Source: an uncultured Bacteroides sp.
GTDB lineage: Bacteria > Bacteroidota > Bacteroidia > Bacteroidales > Muribaculaceae
NCBI GenBank assembly: GCA_964600585.1
Contig: CAZRJT010000001.1
Coordinates: 1-61,099 of the forward strand
Length of the DNA stretch: 61,099 bases
Direction: 5' to 3'
Shown here in pieces: positions 39,452-49,361 of the stretch (position 1 is the first letter of the stretch; each line of letters begins with the position of its first letter). The translations under genes were made by a program, and so were the position numbers. The notes under the pieces are model-generated. The model searched no databases. It had not been told where the DNA came from and worked only from the letters and a program-made list of their open reading frames with translations.

Positions 39452-39569
39452 CTGTAAATGTTAAATTATCGATAATTGATAGCTTTTATTCTGTTAAATG
39501 GTTTTACGGTGGTTTGATGTGACGGCGCAAAATCATACCTTTGTAAAACTATTACGTTTAGCCAGAGGT

Positions 39570-39995
39570 ATGAATAGGAGGAATTTTTGTCGGTTGTCGG
39601 CAATGTCGGTTTTAGGGTTTTGTGGCAATCCCGCTGCTGCGGCAGATGCATTGCTCAACGATTCGGGCTTTTCAGGCAAATGGCATATCACCGTTGTACG
39701 TCGAGAATGTTACGAAGATTTCCAGTCGCGTTATCTGTCTGACCCGGAGTCGGGGCCATGTATGCGTTTTGCCAATGGCGATTCTTTTGATGTCAATCGT
39801 TCGAACTATGCATCCTTGTCATCCGGCGAGTTCGTATGTCGTCAGGCCTGGAATGCGATTGTAGAGGCTGTGCGGCTGAGAATGACTGACGGTGCCTCTG
39901 ATAATTGTGCCGAATTGTTGAATGGGTCGGAATTCCTTGTGTCGTGCGGTGATGGAACGCGTCCGGTTATATTTGAGGTGCGCGTGGAGCAATAG
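39570..39995 (+). CDS. TIGR04076-like Cys-rich protein with twin-arginine-like signal
   Basis: MNRRNF start; ITVVRR...GPC...C..AW...SCGDGTRPVIFEV. Promoter TACCTTTG at 39536-39543. Confidence 0.72.
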   Translation: MNRRNFCRLSAMSVLGFCGNPAAAADALLNDSGFSGKWHITVVRRECYEDFQSRYLSDPESGPCMRFANGDSFDVNRSNYASLSSGEFVCRQAWNAIVEAVRLRMTDGASDNCAELLNGSEFLVSCGDGTRPVIFEVRVEQ

Positions 39996-40022
39996 CCCAG
40001 TGTTGAATCCACCGACCATTCA

Positions 40023-40685
40023 TTATTGCTTCTTCATCATCTTCAGGCGGGCTTTTTTCTTCATTTCGCGGGCCGGTTGCTGGCTGAGAATGGGAAGCGA
40101 TAAGGAGTATTTCAATGCAAGTATGCGCAATCCTATGACCACCACGGCGCAACTTATCTGCTGGGCCATCGGGCTACCTCCCAATGTCATTATAAGCCAA
40201 TAGGCAATAGTGCCGGCGAGGCAGGCGGTGGCGTAGATGTCTTTTCGAAAAACGAGAGGTTCCTCATTGATGAGAATGTCGCGCAGCACGCCGCCGAAAG
40301 CCCCTGTTACGATGCCCATAGTTGCAGCCACCCACATCGGATAGCCGATGGCAAGACTTTTTTGGATTCCGATTACGCAGAACAATGCTAAACCGATGCT
40401 GTCGAATATGAAAAGTATCTTATCCTTGCTCACGAGGATGCTTCGGAATATTACCACAGTGAATAGCGACAGGGCCGTAACGGCAAGATACCACCATCGC
40501 TGCATCCAAAAGACAGGTATGTCAAGCAGGACGTCGCGCAGGGTTCCCCCTCCGATTGCAGTGATTAGTCCTACGATATATGCCCCGAACCAGTCGAAAT
40601 TTTTGGTCGCGGCCAATCGTATGCCGCTGATTGCAGCGGCAATCGTTCCGATAACTTCGATGATGAACAAAAAGGTTTCTTCCAT
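40023..40685 (-). CDS. TRIC / UPF0126 (YadS-like) membrane protein
   Basis: Duplicated GGGTLRD and GGVLRD motifs, with about 7 TMs. Confidence 0.9.
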   Translation of the reverse strand: MEETFLFIIEVIGTIAAAISGIRLAATKNFDWFGAYIVGLITAIGGGTLRDVLLDIPVFWMQRWWYLAVTALSLFTVVIFRSILVSKDKILFIFDSIGLALFCVIGIQKSLAIGYPMWVAATMGIVTGAFGGVLRDILINEEPLVFRKDIYATACLAGTIAYWLIMTLGGSPMAQQISCAVVVIGLRILALKYSLSLPILSQQPAREMKKKARLKMMKKQ

Positions 40686-40717
40686 TTGGAGTAGTTGTGG
40701 AGGGTATTAAGAAAATT

Positions 40718-40763
40718 TCGAGGTGCAAAATTACGAAATAAAATCGCTAATTCTGCACCTCGA
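40718..40763 (-). terminator. Long hairpin after the GH51 gene containing a -7 element
   Basis: TCGAGGTGCA...TGCACCTCGA stem. Minus-strand TAATTTTG at 40726-40733 lies inside one arm. Confidence 0.6.
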
Positions 40764-40798
40764 CTATCCTTTTTGTATAATCGGCTACATTTCCTGTC

Positions 40799-43675
40799 TT
40801 ACAGCTTGAATCTGTATACGGTGAAGGAGTACGGCGCCACAATCGTAGAATATTTCTGGCCCGATGCGTTCAATTTACGTTCGACCGGTTTCACGAGGTC
40901 GGGATTCTCTATGGAATTCTCTGAGTCGAGTGTTGGGGCTGTGAGGGTTATGGAGCGGCCTCCGTTAAGGCTTTTGCCTTTTTTCATCTTGTTGAAATCG
41001 ATTGTTATGGCCTGGGTGTCGGCCGATGTGTTGGCCACTTTTACAACGTATTCATTCGATTCGTCATCGATTACCGCTGAAGCGAACAATCCGTTTTGTC
41101 CTTCATTGCCTGCCGCCGGACGATTGTCAAGCGTAAGAGGCAGTACACGCGAACCCTTATTATTGCCATATAGCTGCTGTACGTAGTAGCTCGATGTTGG
41201 GAATGACGACAGATTGTCAAACCAAATCAAGTCAGGGCGCCATTGCCATCCTTCGACGTGGGCGAAAAGCGGGGCGTAGGTGGCCATATGCACAATGTCG
41301 GCATTACGTTCAAGTCCGGTCATAAATGCCGCTTCAAGCAGGGCAGGGTAGAAATGGTTATATTTTTTGCCGTTTATGTGGCATGCGTATTCACCTGCGA
41401 ATACAGCAGGGCCTTTACGGTCATAGTTGTCGTATCGATTGCCCTGCGACAGGAACCATTGGGCCGGACGATAGAAGTGCTCGTCGACGAGGTCGGCTTT
41501 CAGATTGCGCATTTCAGGCCACAGATAATCGAAGTCGCGGCCTTCGGATTGCGGGCCTGATGAACCTACTATCATTATCTCCGGATGGGCCTTACGTATT
41601 GCTTCGACAAATGGCTTCAGTCGTTGCACATATTCTTCGCCCCATTGTTCGTTGCCTATGGCCAGGAATTTAAGTCCGAATGGTTCGGGATGTCCCATCT
41701 CGGCACGCAGACCGCCCCATTGTGTCGATGCATCGCCGTTTGCGAATTCAATTAGGTCTAAAGCGTCCTGAATATAAGGCTGCAACGAGTCGAGCGCCAC
41801 ATGGGCATCGGGTGTGTCGTTCTGGTATTGGCAGGCCAATCCCACATTAAGCACCGGTAGTGGTGCGGCACCAATTTCTTCGGCTAAAAGGAAATATTCG
41901 TAAAATCCCAGTCCGTAGCTCTGGAAATAATCGGGATAGAAGCGGTAGGGGAACGTGTAGTGCCAGCGGTTGAAGTTCGTAGGCCTGTTTTCGACCGGTC
42001 CTACTGAATTTTTCCACTGATAGCGGTCAGTGATTTCCGTGCCCTCTACGATGCAACCTCCGGGGAAACGGAAAATTCCAGGTTTTATGTCAGCCAGTTT
42101 CTGTGCTAAGTCGCGGCGCAGACCGTTTTCATGCCCATTCCAAGTGTCGACAGGGAAAAGCGATATGTGCTCCAGGTCGACTGTGGTTTCGGGTTTGGAC
42201 AGGAAGATGCGCAATATGGCTTTGGGGTCGGTTGTGTTTGGCTTCAGCATTACGGTATATTTTTTCCACTCTTTCGAGTCCACCGTCAGTTCCTGGGAGG
42301 CGATGTCCTGTGTTTCGCCCATTGATGCCGGCTGCACGAGTGCTACGCGCAGTTTTGCAGAGCCGCCATCCGGTGTGCGCGCCCATACGGAGAATCGATA
42401 TTCATTGCCTTTTTCTACACCTATTCCGAAAAAGCCTTCGTTTTCGAGGCCGGTGTGTTTATGTCCGTGGCTTGCTTGGGCCAGACGCACGTAATGTGGA
42501 TTGCGCTCGAACGGACCGTCATCTTTCAGCTCGATATTACCATAAGTTTTCCAGCCCATTAGATTCTGCGGGAATTCGAATGAACGGTTTTTGATTTTTT
42601 CGGCATAGAGCCCACCATCAGCGGCATAGTTTATGTCTTCGAAGAACAGGCCGTACATCGTGGGGTGAATCTTAGCGCCAGGTTTGTCGGTGGCAACGGT
42701 GAAAGTGCTGTGTTTCATCGGCCAGTTATTGATGAGACGGTCGTATTCTTCCTGAGTTATTGCCATAATCGTTCCATGGCGTGGATGGAAGTCCATTGTT
42801 ACTTCTTCCGATACGGGTTTGAAGTTTACAAGGTCGGTCGACTCGGTGAACTGATATTTGCCGTCCATATACACGTCGTACATAAGGATGTATTTGTCGC
42901 TGTCGATGAGTTTGAAAGTGCCGGCTCCTTCTACGGCTGAGCGAGTCTGCTGTTTATATTCCGGGTCTTCAGTCCATTTGCCCGATGTGAGCGATTTTGT
43001 TGTGGCTGTCTTTATACCGTTTCCATGGCCTTCAGTTTTGTAGAACATATGATATATGCCGTCCTTTACGATTATATCGCCATCGATGCATGATTTTTTG
43101 TCCTGCGGTATGAACAGTGGCTTGGGAGTGTCGATGAGGTCGGTGAAATCGTCATTTGCATATGCATAATATATAATGTCTGGGTCGTCACCGTGCTTCA
43201 TCGACCAATACACCATTATTTTGTCGGCTTCAGGATCGTATATCGACTGTGGAGCCCACACTCGTTTCAGGTTTTCGTTTCCCGGGAAGCGGTCTTGGAT
43301 GTTTATGACGCTGGATTTCCAATTGATGAGGTCGTCAGACTTCATCAAAATCATCGCACGGTTCGAATCCCAACCGTTGGCCGACACCATGTCGGTGAGC
43401 ACCATATAGAATGTTTTTCCATCGGGGCCGCGAAGTATGTGCGGGTCGCGTACACCTCCGGTAGAACTTATGACTTTTGAATCTATTACAGGCTGATTGC
43501 CATTTAGAGCGGTGAAATTGAACCCGTCGTTGCTGACGGCATAATGCACTGATTCGTCGGCGATATCGTTGCCGGTGAAGTAGGTGAACAGATAGGCTGT
43601 CTCCTTCTGTTTGTCGACCGCACTAACCGACAGTGCAATTGACATAAGCAGAGTCGCTGCTAAAGATTTCATCAT
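40799..43675 (-). CDS. GH43 + GH51 alpha-L-arabinofuranosidase fusion
   Basis: N-terminal GVRDPHI, WAPQ, IDGDI, VEG (GH43); C-terminal YGLFFEDIN, RFPGGC, IGNEQWG, DEHFY, GEYA, YAPLF (GH51). Confidence 0.9.
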   Translation of the reverse strand: MMKSLAATLLMSIALSVSAVDKQKETAYLFTYFTGNDIADESVHYAVSNDGFNFTALNGNQPVIDSKVISSTGGVRDPHILRGPDGKTFYMVLTDMVSANGWDSNRAMILMKSDDLINWKSSVINIQDRFPGNENLKRVWAPQSIYDPEADKIMVYWSMKHGDDPDIIYYAYANDDFTDLIDTPKPLFIPQDKKSCIDGDIIVKDGIYHMFYKTEGHGNGIKTATTKSLTSGKWTEDPEYKQQTRSAVEGAGTFKLIDSDKYILMYDVYMDGKYQFTESTDLVNFKPVSEEVTMDFHPRHGTIMAITQEEYDRLINNWPMKHSTFTVATDKPGAKIHPTMYGLFFEDINYAADGGLYAEKIKNRSFEFPQNLMGWKTYGNIELKDDGPFERNPHYVRLAQASHGHKHTGLENEGFFGIGVEKGNEYRFSVWARTPDGGSAKLRVALVQPASMGETQDIASQELTVDSKEWKKYTVMLKPNTTDPKAILRIFLSKPETTVDLEHISLFPVDTWNGHENGLRRDLAQKLADIKPGIFRFPGGCIVEGTEITDRYQWKNSVGPVENRPTNFNRWHYTFPYRFYPDYFQSYGLGFYEYFLLAEEIGAAPLPVLNVGLACQYQNDTPDAHVALDSLQPYIQDALDLIEFANGDASTQWGGLRAEMGHPEPFGLKFLAIGNEQWGEEYVQRLKPFVEAIRKAHPEIMIVGSSGPQSEGRDFDYLWPEMRNLKADLVDEHFYRPAQWFLSQGNRYDNYDRKGPAVFAGEYACHINGKKYNHFYPALLEAAFMTGLERNADIVHMATYAPLFAHVEGWQWRPDLIWFDNLSSFPTSSYYVQQLYGNNKGSRVLPLTLDNRPAAGNEGQNGLFASAVIDDESNEYVVKVANTSADTQAITIDFNKMKKGKSLNGGRSITLTAPTLDSENSIENPDLVKPVERKLNASGQKYSTIVAPYSFTVYRFKL

Positions 43676-43688
43676 TTGTCGTTATTTG

Positions 43689-45014
43689 TTAAGGATTAAA
43701 TTCAAGTATGTATACGGGCTGAGGCTCGGATTCGAGCTGTTTTTCGCCATCGCCTTGTAGGGTGGGCTGGACGAATATGTGGAGTTTGCCTGACGTACGC
43801 CATAATTCAGTGTCGTATGTAGGTTCCCAGGCGGGCACTTCGAAGTCGGTGAGGTGAGTGACTTTCCATTTGTCGGATTTTCCGCCCTTGTCGGATGAAA
43901 GCAGTGTTACCCGGCTTCCTGACTCAGCGTCACGCGTTATGTAGAAAATCTTGTCGCCCTCCACCACCATACGGGGGCGTGCGATTGGAATCATTTTGGT
44001 GCCGCCGCCTTTCAATGTGAATGGCGTGGTGCGTTCAGAGACGCATTTCTGGTGCCATGAGGTGCCGTCGTGCCATAACAGTCGATACTGCGGCACGTCG
44101 CTGTCGGCATCGCGCCAGTATGTAGCGATATAGGGATTTCCCTTTCGGTCGGTACTCATACTCGTCTGATTGATTAATTCCGAATTTTGCGGTATGATAT
44201 AGGCATATTCTGCATTGGCCGCAGTAATCGGAAGTTGATATGGCGTGCCGTCCGAGCGCTCCCACGTCTTTCCGAAGTCCGATGAGCGTGCATAGCACAT
44301 GTCATGATTGGTCTCCACGAGCCACGTTTCGCGCCACACCCATGAGAGGTGTATGATTCCCTGTTGGTCTACGCATAGTTGCCAATAGGCATTTCGTTGG
44401 TTGTCACCGTCGATTAAATTAGAGTGGACACGTTGCCATTTCTTCGATTTGAGGTCATATCGGTTCATAACGAGATTGCCACGGCCCGAGGCCCCTGAGC
44501 GGTATGCGAACAGTATGTCGCCGTTTGGGAGTGTATAAAATTCAGGATAGGTCACATCGTCTTCATTTTCACCTATCATCGGTTCGAGCGGGCCCAACGT
44601 TAGCGATTCAGGCGAAGTGCTGCGGCAATATTTCAATCGATGTCCGTGATGGTCGAATGCTACGTGTAGGTATCCGTCTCCGTCAACGATTAAGCTGATG
44701 ACGTTGTGGGCGTCTGCCGCATTTCCTCGATACTGCGTGCGGTTTAGTGTCCACTTGTCGGACTCAAGGTTTCTGACGGCTAAGGTGAGATAGCTGTCGT
44801 CGTCATAATAACCCACATATTGCCTACCGTTATGCGACGTCACCGAATTGGCTCTGAAAACGGCTGTATTGACCGATGTTCCTCCGAATCCATTGTCGGC
44901 GACTTTTACAAGTCTGGGCTTACCGGCAAAGCAGACTCCTGCCGATAAAATCAGCAAAAACACAGCCATCATGGCTGTGCGTCTCATTGTGGCGTATGTC
45001 GTTCTGAATGTCAT
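43689..45014 (-). CDS. BNR_4 beta-propeller, PL42/GH145-like rhamnose-glucuronate lyase candidate
   Basis: DAHNVIS, FDHHG, TYPEF, YRSGASGRG, NAYWQ, Asp-box SSDFGKTW and LINQTSM. The context matches AGP loci. Confidence 0.75.
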   Translation of the reverse strand: MTFRTTYATMRRTAMMAVFLLILSAGVCFAGKPRLVKVADNGFGGTSVNTAVFRANSVTSHNGRQYVGYYDDDSYLTLAVRNLESDKWTLNRTQYRGNAADAHNVISLIVDGDGYLHVAFDHHGHRLKYCRSTSPESLTLGPLEPMIGENEDDVTYPEFYTLPNGDILFAYRSGASGRGNLVMNRYDLKSKKWQRVHSNLIDGDNQRNAYWQLCVDQQGIIHLSWVWRETWLVETNHDMCYARSSDFGKTWERSDGTPYQLPITAANAEYAYIIPQNSELINQTSMSTDRKGNPYIATYWRDADSDVPQYRLLWHDGTSWHQKCVSERTTPFTLKGGGTKMIPIARPRMVVEGDKIFYITRDAESGSRVTLLSSDKGGKSDKWKVTHLTDFEVPAWEPTYDTELWRTSGKLHIFVQPTLQGDGEKQLESEPQPVYILEFNP

Positions 45015-45043
45015 ATTCTGGCTGCAATTGTGTTTAATTAATG

Positions 45044-45109
45044 CAAAGTTATGAATCAAAAGTTCATACAAGGTATGCTAATGATTCAAAAAGGTATTTT
45101 ATTCGTTCA
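45044..45109 (-). promoter_or_regulatory. Promoter A: TAACTTTG with upstream TTGA repeat (putative HTCS site)
   Basis: Minus-strand TTGA boxes start at 45109 and 45089. The proximal box is 45 nt from the G of the -7 element. Confidence 0.6.
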
Positions 45110-45212
45110 AAAACTCCTTTAGACGGCGAAGAGAAAAAAACGGAGTTAATGTGCGGGAGTAAATGAAAAAAATAGTATCTTTACGACTCTAAAGTGGAAT
45201 CCGTTATATATC

Positions 45213-48200
45213 ATGAAAATATTACGAATAATATTCTTGTTTTGCTGTGTGGCTTTTATGTGTAGTGAAGCAGTGTGCGCCAATGACGCATTGTCGGCTA
45301 CCGTCATACAGTTTCCATTGAAATTTAAGATGCCGTCGAATTCAGTTCGTTGCATCTATCAGGATAAGACCGGGTATATATGGCTGGGCTCGACAGATGG
45401 TTTGTGCCGTTATGACGGCTATCGGGTCTTGGTTTACAGGTCCAATCCGGCCAATCGAACTCTTTTGTCAAATAATGACGTGACTTCGTTGTTTGAGACG
45501 CGTAGGGGTGATTTGTTGGTGGGCACTGCCCGCGGAATGAACATATTGAATGAAAACCGCACCAAAATTTCAATGGCAGAGATGCCCGAACTGCGCGATT
45601 TTGAAATACGCGCGTTTGTTGAGGACGATTCGAGCAATGTGTGGGTTGGCACTTATCAACAGCTTGTGAAGCTATCGCCTGATTATTCGCGAATTACGCT
45701 TTTTGAAGAATTGCCCAAAACGAGTGTCAATGACTTGCACTATGATAAAAATGGAAATCTTTGGGTGGCATTTTGGGCAGAAGGCATTTATCGGTATGAT
45801 TTCCGACGCGGAGAGTTTGTTGCGCTTCCGCCGATAGGGCAGCGAAATAATCCGCGCTGTTTCTATCCGTTGCCAGATGGCTCGTTTATTGTGACTACGT
45901 GGGGCGATGGACTTTGGAAAATGTATCCTGACCGGCCGGCCGACCGTATGTTTGAGCCTATAAAGGTCGTGTCGGGTGATGCCGATAAGGTTTCGGTGGC
46001 TTTTGGCATCGTACAGGACAAAGACGGATATTTTTGGCTTGTAGGCAATTTAGGCTTGTCGATAGTTTCGATTTCTGGCAAAGAAATGCGTATTGTCGAA
46101 TCGTCGCAGGTGTCGGATAAGATGAATAATGTGTTTAGTTCTATAATGCTTGACCGTGAGGAGGATATATGGATATCGGCATTTGGGGAAGTCGCATATA
46201 TGATTCGTCGTGAACGTCCGATGGTGAAGCCATATCCATTGCGTGGAATCAAGGCTCAGACCGGAGGCCTGAGCCCGTTTGTCACGACGATATATAAGGA
46301 TGGCGACGGTGATATCTGGCTCAACCAGAACCGTTGGGGGCTTGGCATTTACGACGAAGACAATAAGGCAGTCCGATTTTATAACGAGATTGCGCCACTG
46401 GCGTCGGCAGAAGGGCTTGAGACAGTGAAGTTTATCAAAGGTTTTGCGGATGAGCCTGATGTGATATATGTGGGTTGTACATATGCCCCGTATGTGTATA
46501 AAATCCGTAAATCGGGGGCGTCGATAAAAATAGAGGAGCGTTGGGATCTATCGGATGCCGGTGGAGAAATGCCTCTTGCTATTGATAAGGATAAGTCGGG
46601 AAATGTTTGGATCCTGACTCGTGAAAAGGTGATTGTGCGCTTGCCTGACGGTAGATATGTCGAGACGATTAAGGGAGATGACGGTAGTAATTCGAGCGCG
46701 TTCAAATGTGATGACAATGGCGATGTGTGGATTGGGTCGGGAGTGTCGGGTATGGTGAAAATAAGCAATTTTTCGGTTGCTTCAGACGGAACGCCCCGTT
46801 TTGACGAGACGCGTATATCCGGAATCCCCGGAGAGTCGGTGGTTAAGCTTGACATTGACAATGTGAGTGGAAAAGTATGGGGCGTGAGCGAATATGGCGA
46901 CGTATTCACTGTCGAAATGGCCACTGGCGCCGTAGCCGACAAATCGGCAAAGATTAATGCCACGATGAATGGAGCCATTCAGAATTTCGTTATAAGCGAC
47001 AATGGAATACTTTGGCTCACCACCAATAGCAATGTATACAAATATGATCCTCAGACGGGTTCGATGGTGGTTTATACATCTAAGGATGACGAGCATATAC
47101 AATCGATTATAGGCGATTCGAAATTCTATGACCCCCCTGGCGATTTATATCTTGGGGGAAGCGACGGAATAATATGTTTCCATGCACCATCGCAGTTGTT
47201 CAAGGAGATTAGCGAACATTCTCCGCTGTTTACCGATGTCGTTGTCAACGGTCAGTCGTGTTTCCTTTCATCCGACAATGGAATCAAGCTTGATAATGAA
47301 GCGCGTGAAATAATACTTCCGTCAAATGCCTCAAACGTAGAGCTGCATTTTTCCACGCTCAATCATTCTTATCCCGAAAACGTTCTTTACAGCTATCGGC
47401 TTAAGGGCGTTGACAATGACTGGGTGGAGATGCGCGATGGCAGTTATTATGCATTTTACAATCATTTGCCTAAAGGCGACCACACGTTGCAGATAAGAGC
47501 CACTAATTCAGATGGCAAATGGGCTGAAAATGTGGTGTCTTATCGTCTCGTACGGCGTGAGGCCTGGTATGAGACTTGGTGGGCCGAGATTGTGTATGTG
47601 CTGTTGGTGGTGGGAATCGCATGGGGTGTGCTGGTGAGGCTGAAACGCCGTATGGAATTGCGTGAGAAATTGCATCAGGCCGAGATGGATAAACGAAACA
47701 TAGAGGAAATGGCTCAGATGAAATTGCGCTATTTCACCAATATATCCCATGATTTCTTAACGCCGATAACCATAGTGAACTGTCTTATTGATGATTTGGA
47801 GATGACCTATGGAAAGGCGGCATCGAGTCTGGATAAAATGCGTTTCAACTTGGCAAAATTGCGCCGGTTGATTCAAGAGGTGCTTGACTATAGGAAGTTT
47901 GAAAATGGCAAGATGAGGCTTAATGTGGCGAAGGGCGACATTGTCAGTTTCATTGAAGACGTGTGCCGCAATCATTTCGATCCGTTGATGGCCGCCAAGC
48001 ATATTAATTTCACCATTAACAATAGCTCGTCTTCGTTGCCGGCATATTTTGACTCCGACAAACTTGAAAAGATTATATTCAATCTCGTGTCGAATGCATA
48101 TAAATATACCGATGAGGGTGGTGCCGTTGAATTGGTCGTTGGTTCGGAAACCATTGATGGCAAACGCTGGGCCACTATTGCCGTCAAAGACAACGGCCGT

Positions 48201-49259
48201 GGAATATCGTCCGAGGATTTGCCGCATATATTCGACTTGTTCTACTCGCCTCACGTATCGAGTCAGATTGCTAATTCAAATGGCATAGGCTTGTCGCTTG
48301 TAAAGGATTTGGTGGAAATGCACCATGCCGTCATTGAGGTGAAAAGCGCGGTGGGCGTAGGCACTGAATTCACTTTGAAGGTGCCCATTGACCGTGACAG
48401 TTATTCTGATGACGAAATGCTCGTCAATCTGCAGCCCGATATAGAGATACGGAATGTCGATGCGGCAGACATTGACTCTGGGCACGTTTCGGAAGTTTCG
48501 GCCGACTCCAAGGCTACGATTCTTCTTGTTGAAGATAATGAAGAGCTGTTGGCGTTGATGTCAAAGATATTTATGCGCACCTACAATGTGCTTACGGCGC
48601 ATAATGGGGTGGAAGCATTGGCATTGGCTCAGTCTAATGACATTGACCTCGTTGTGAGTGATTTGATGATGCCTGAAATGGATGGATTGGAATTTTGCCG
48701 AAAAATGAAGTCGGATATAAAGACGAGCCATATACCGCTGATTTTGCTTACGGCAAAAAATCGGACTGAAGACCGCATCAATTGCTATAATGCCGGTGCT
48801 GACGGATATATTGCCAAACCGTTTGAACTTAAAGTGCTGCAAGCCCGAATCGATAATTTCTTGTCTAATCGAAACAGCACTCAGGCCGAGTTCCGCGAGT
48901 CGCAGCAGATGGACACCGGGGTGCTTGAAATGTCGGCGATAGATAAGGAATTCATGGAGCGTGCGGTTAAATTGGTAAAAGATCATATAGACGATTCTAA
49001 TCTCGACATCGATATGATGACTCGTGAGCTGTGTGTGTCGCGAGCCTCGCTCTATCGAAAAATTAAGGCACTCACCGGCCTGTCGCCAGTCGAGCTGGTA
49101 AGGAATCTCCGTCTCAAGCATAGCTACGAATTGCTCAAGGAGGGCACTATGAGTATAGCTTCCGTGGCCTATGCTTCGGGCTTTTCGAATCCCAAATACT
49201 ATTCAACGTGTTTTAAGGAACAATTCGGCATTTCGCCCCGTGACGTGCAGAGAGATTGA
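45213..49259 (+). CDS. Hybrid two-component system (sensor-HK-RR-AraC)
   Basis: Beta-propeller repeats, Y_Y_Y domain, TM, H-box ISHD, N/G boxes, receiver VSDLMMP, and AraC HTH GFSNPKYYSTCFK. Confidence 0.95.
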   Translation: MKILRIIFLFCCVAFMCSEAVCANDALSATVIQFPLKFKMPSNSVRCIYQDKTGYIWLGSTDGLCRYDGYRVLVYRSNPANRTLLSNNDVTSLFETRRGDLLVGTARGMNILNENRTKISMAEMPELRDFEIRAFVEDDSSNVWVGTYQQLVKLSPDYSRITLFEELPKTSVNDLHYDKNGNLWVAFWAEGIYRYDFRRGEFVALPPIGQRNNPRCFYPLPDGSFIVTTWGDGLWKMYPDRPADRMFEPIKVVSGDADKVSVAFGIVQDKDGYFWLVGNLGLSIVSISGKEMRIVESSQVSDKMNNVFSSIMLDREEDIWISAFGEVAYMIRRERPMVKPYPLRGIKAQTGGLSPFVTTIYKDGDGDIWLNQNRWGLGIYDEDNKAVRFYNEIAPLASAEGLETVKFIKGFADEPDVIYVGCTYAPYVYKIRKSGASIKIEERWDLSDAGGEMPLAIDKDKSGNVWILTREKVIVRLPDGRYVETIKGDDGSNSSAFKCDDNGDVWIGSGVSGMVKISNFSVASDGTPRFDETRISGIPGESVVKLDIDNVSGKVWGVSEYGDVFTVEMATGAVADKSAKINATMNGAIQNFVISDNGILWLTTNSNVYKYDPQTGSMVVYTSKDDEHIQSIIGDSKFYDPPGDLYLGGSDGIICFHAPSQLFKEISEHSPLFTDVVVNGQSCFLSSDNGIKLDNEAREIILPSNASNVELHFSTLNHSYPENVLYSYRLKGVDNDWVEMRDGSYYAFYNHLPKGDHTLQIRATNSDGKWAENVVSYRLVRREAWYETWWAEIVYVLLVVGIAWGVLVRLKRRMELREKLHQAEMDKRNIEEMAQMKLRYFTNISHDFLTPITIVNCLIDDLEMTYGKAASSLDKMRFNLAKLRRLIQEVLDYRKFENGKMRLNVAKGDIVSFIEDVCRNHFDPLMAAKHINFTINNSSSSLPAYFDSDKLEKIIFNLVSNAYKYTDEGGAVELVVGSETIDGKRWATIAVKDNGRGISSEDLPHIFDLFYSPHVSSQIANSNGIGLSLVKDLVEMHHAVIEVKSAVGVGTEFTLKVPIDRDSYSDDEMLVNLQPDIEIRNVDAADIDSGHVSEVSADSKATILLVEDNEELLALMSKIFMRTYNVLTAHNGVEALALAQSNDIDLVVSDLMMPEMDGLEFCRKMKSDIKTSHIPLILLTAKNRTEDRINCYNAGADGYIAKPFELKVLQARIDNFLSNRNSTQAEFRESQQMDTGVLEMSAIDKEFMERAVKLVKDHIDDSNLDIDMMTRELCVSRASLYRKIKALTGLSPVELVRNLRLKHSYELLKEGTMSIASVAYASGFSNPKYYSTCFKEQFGISPRDVQRD

Positions 49260-49273
49260 CTATTACCGGTCAT

Positions 49274-49340
49274 TTGATACGTAGTCAAACCACATTGAGT
49301 CATATTTGAACCAATGCTTTGGCAAATACTGATACCTTTG
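49274..49340 (+). promoter_or_regulatory. Promoter C: TTGA-N17-TTGA + TACCTTTG (putative HTCS site)
   Basis: TTGA at 49274 and 49295. The proximal box is 45 nt from G49340. Confidence 0.65.
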
Positions 49341-49361
49341 CGTAAATTAAAGTATTTTCTG

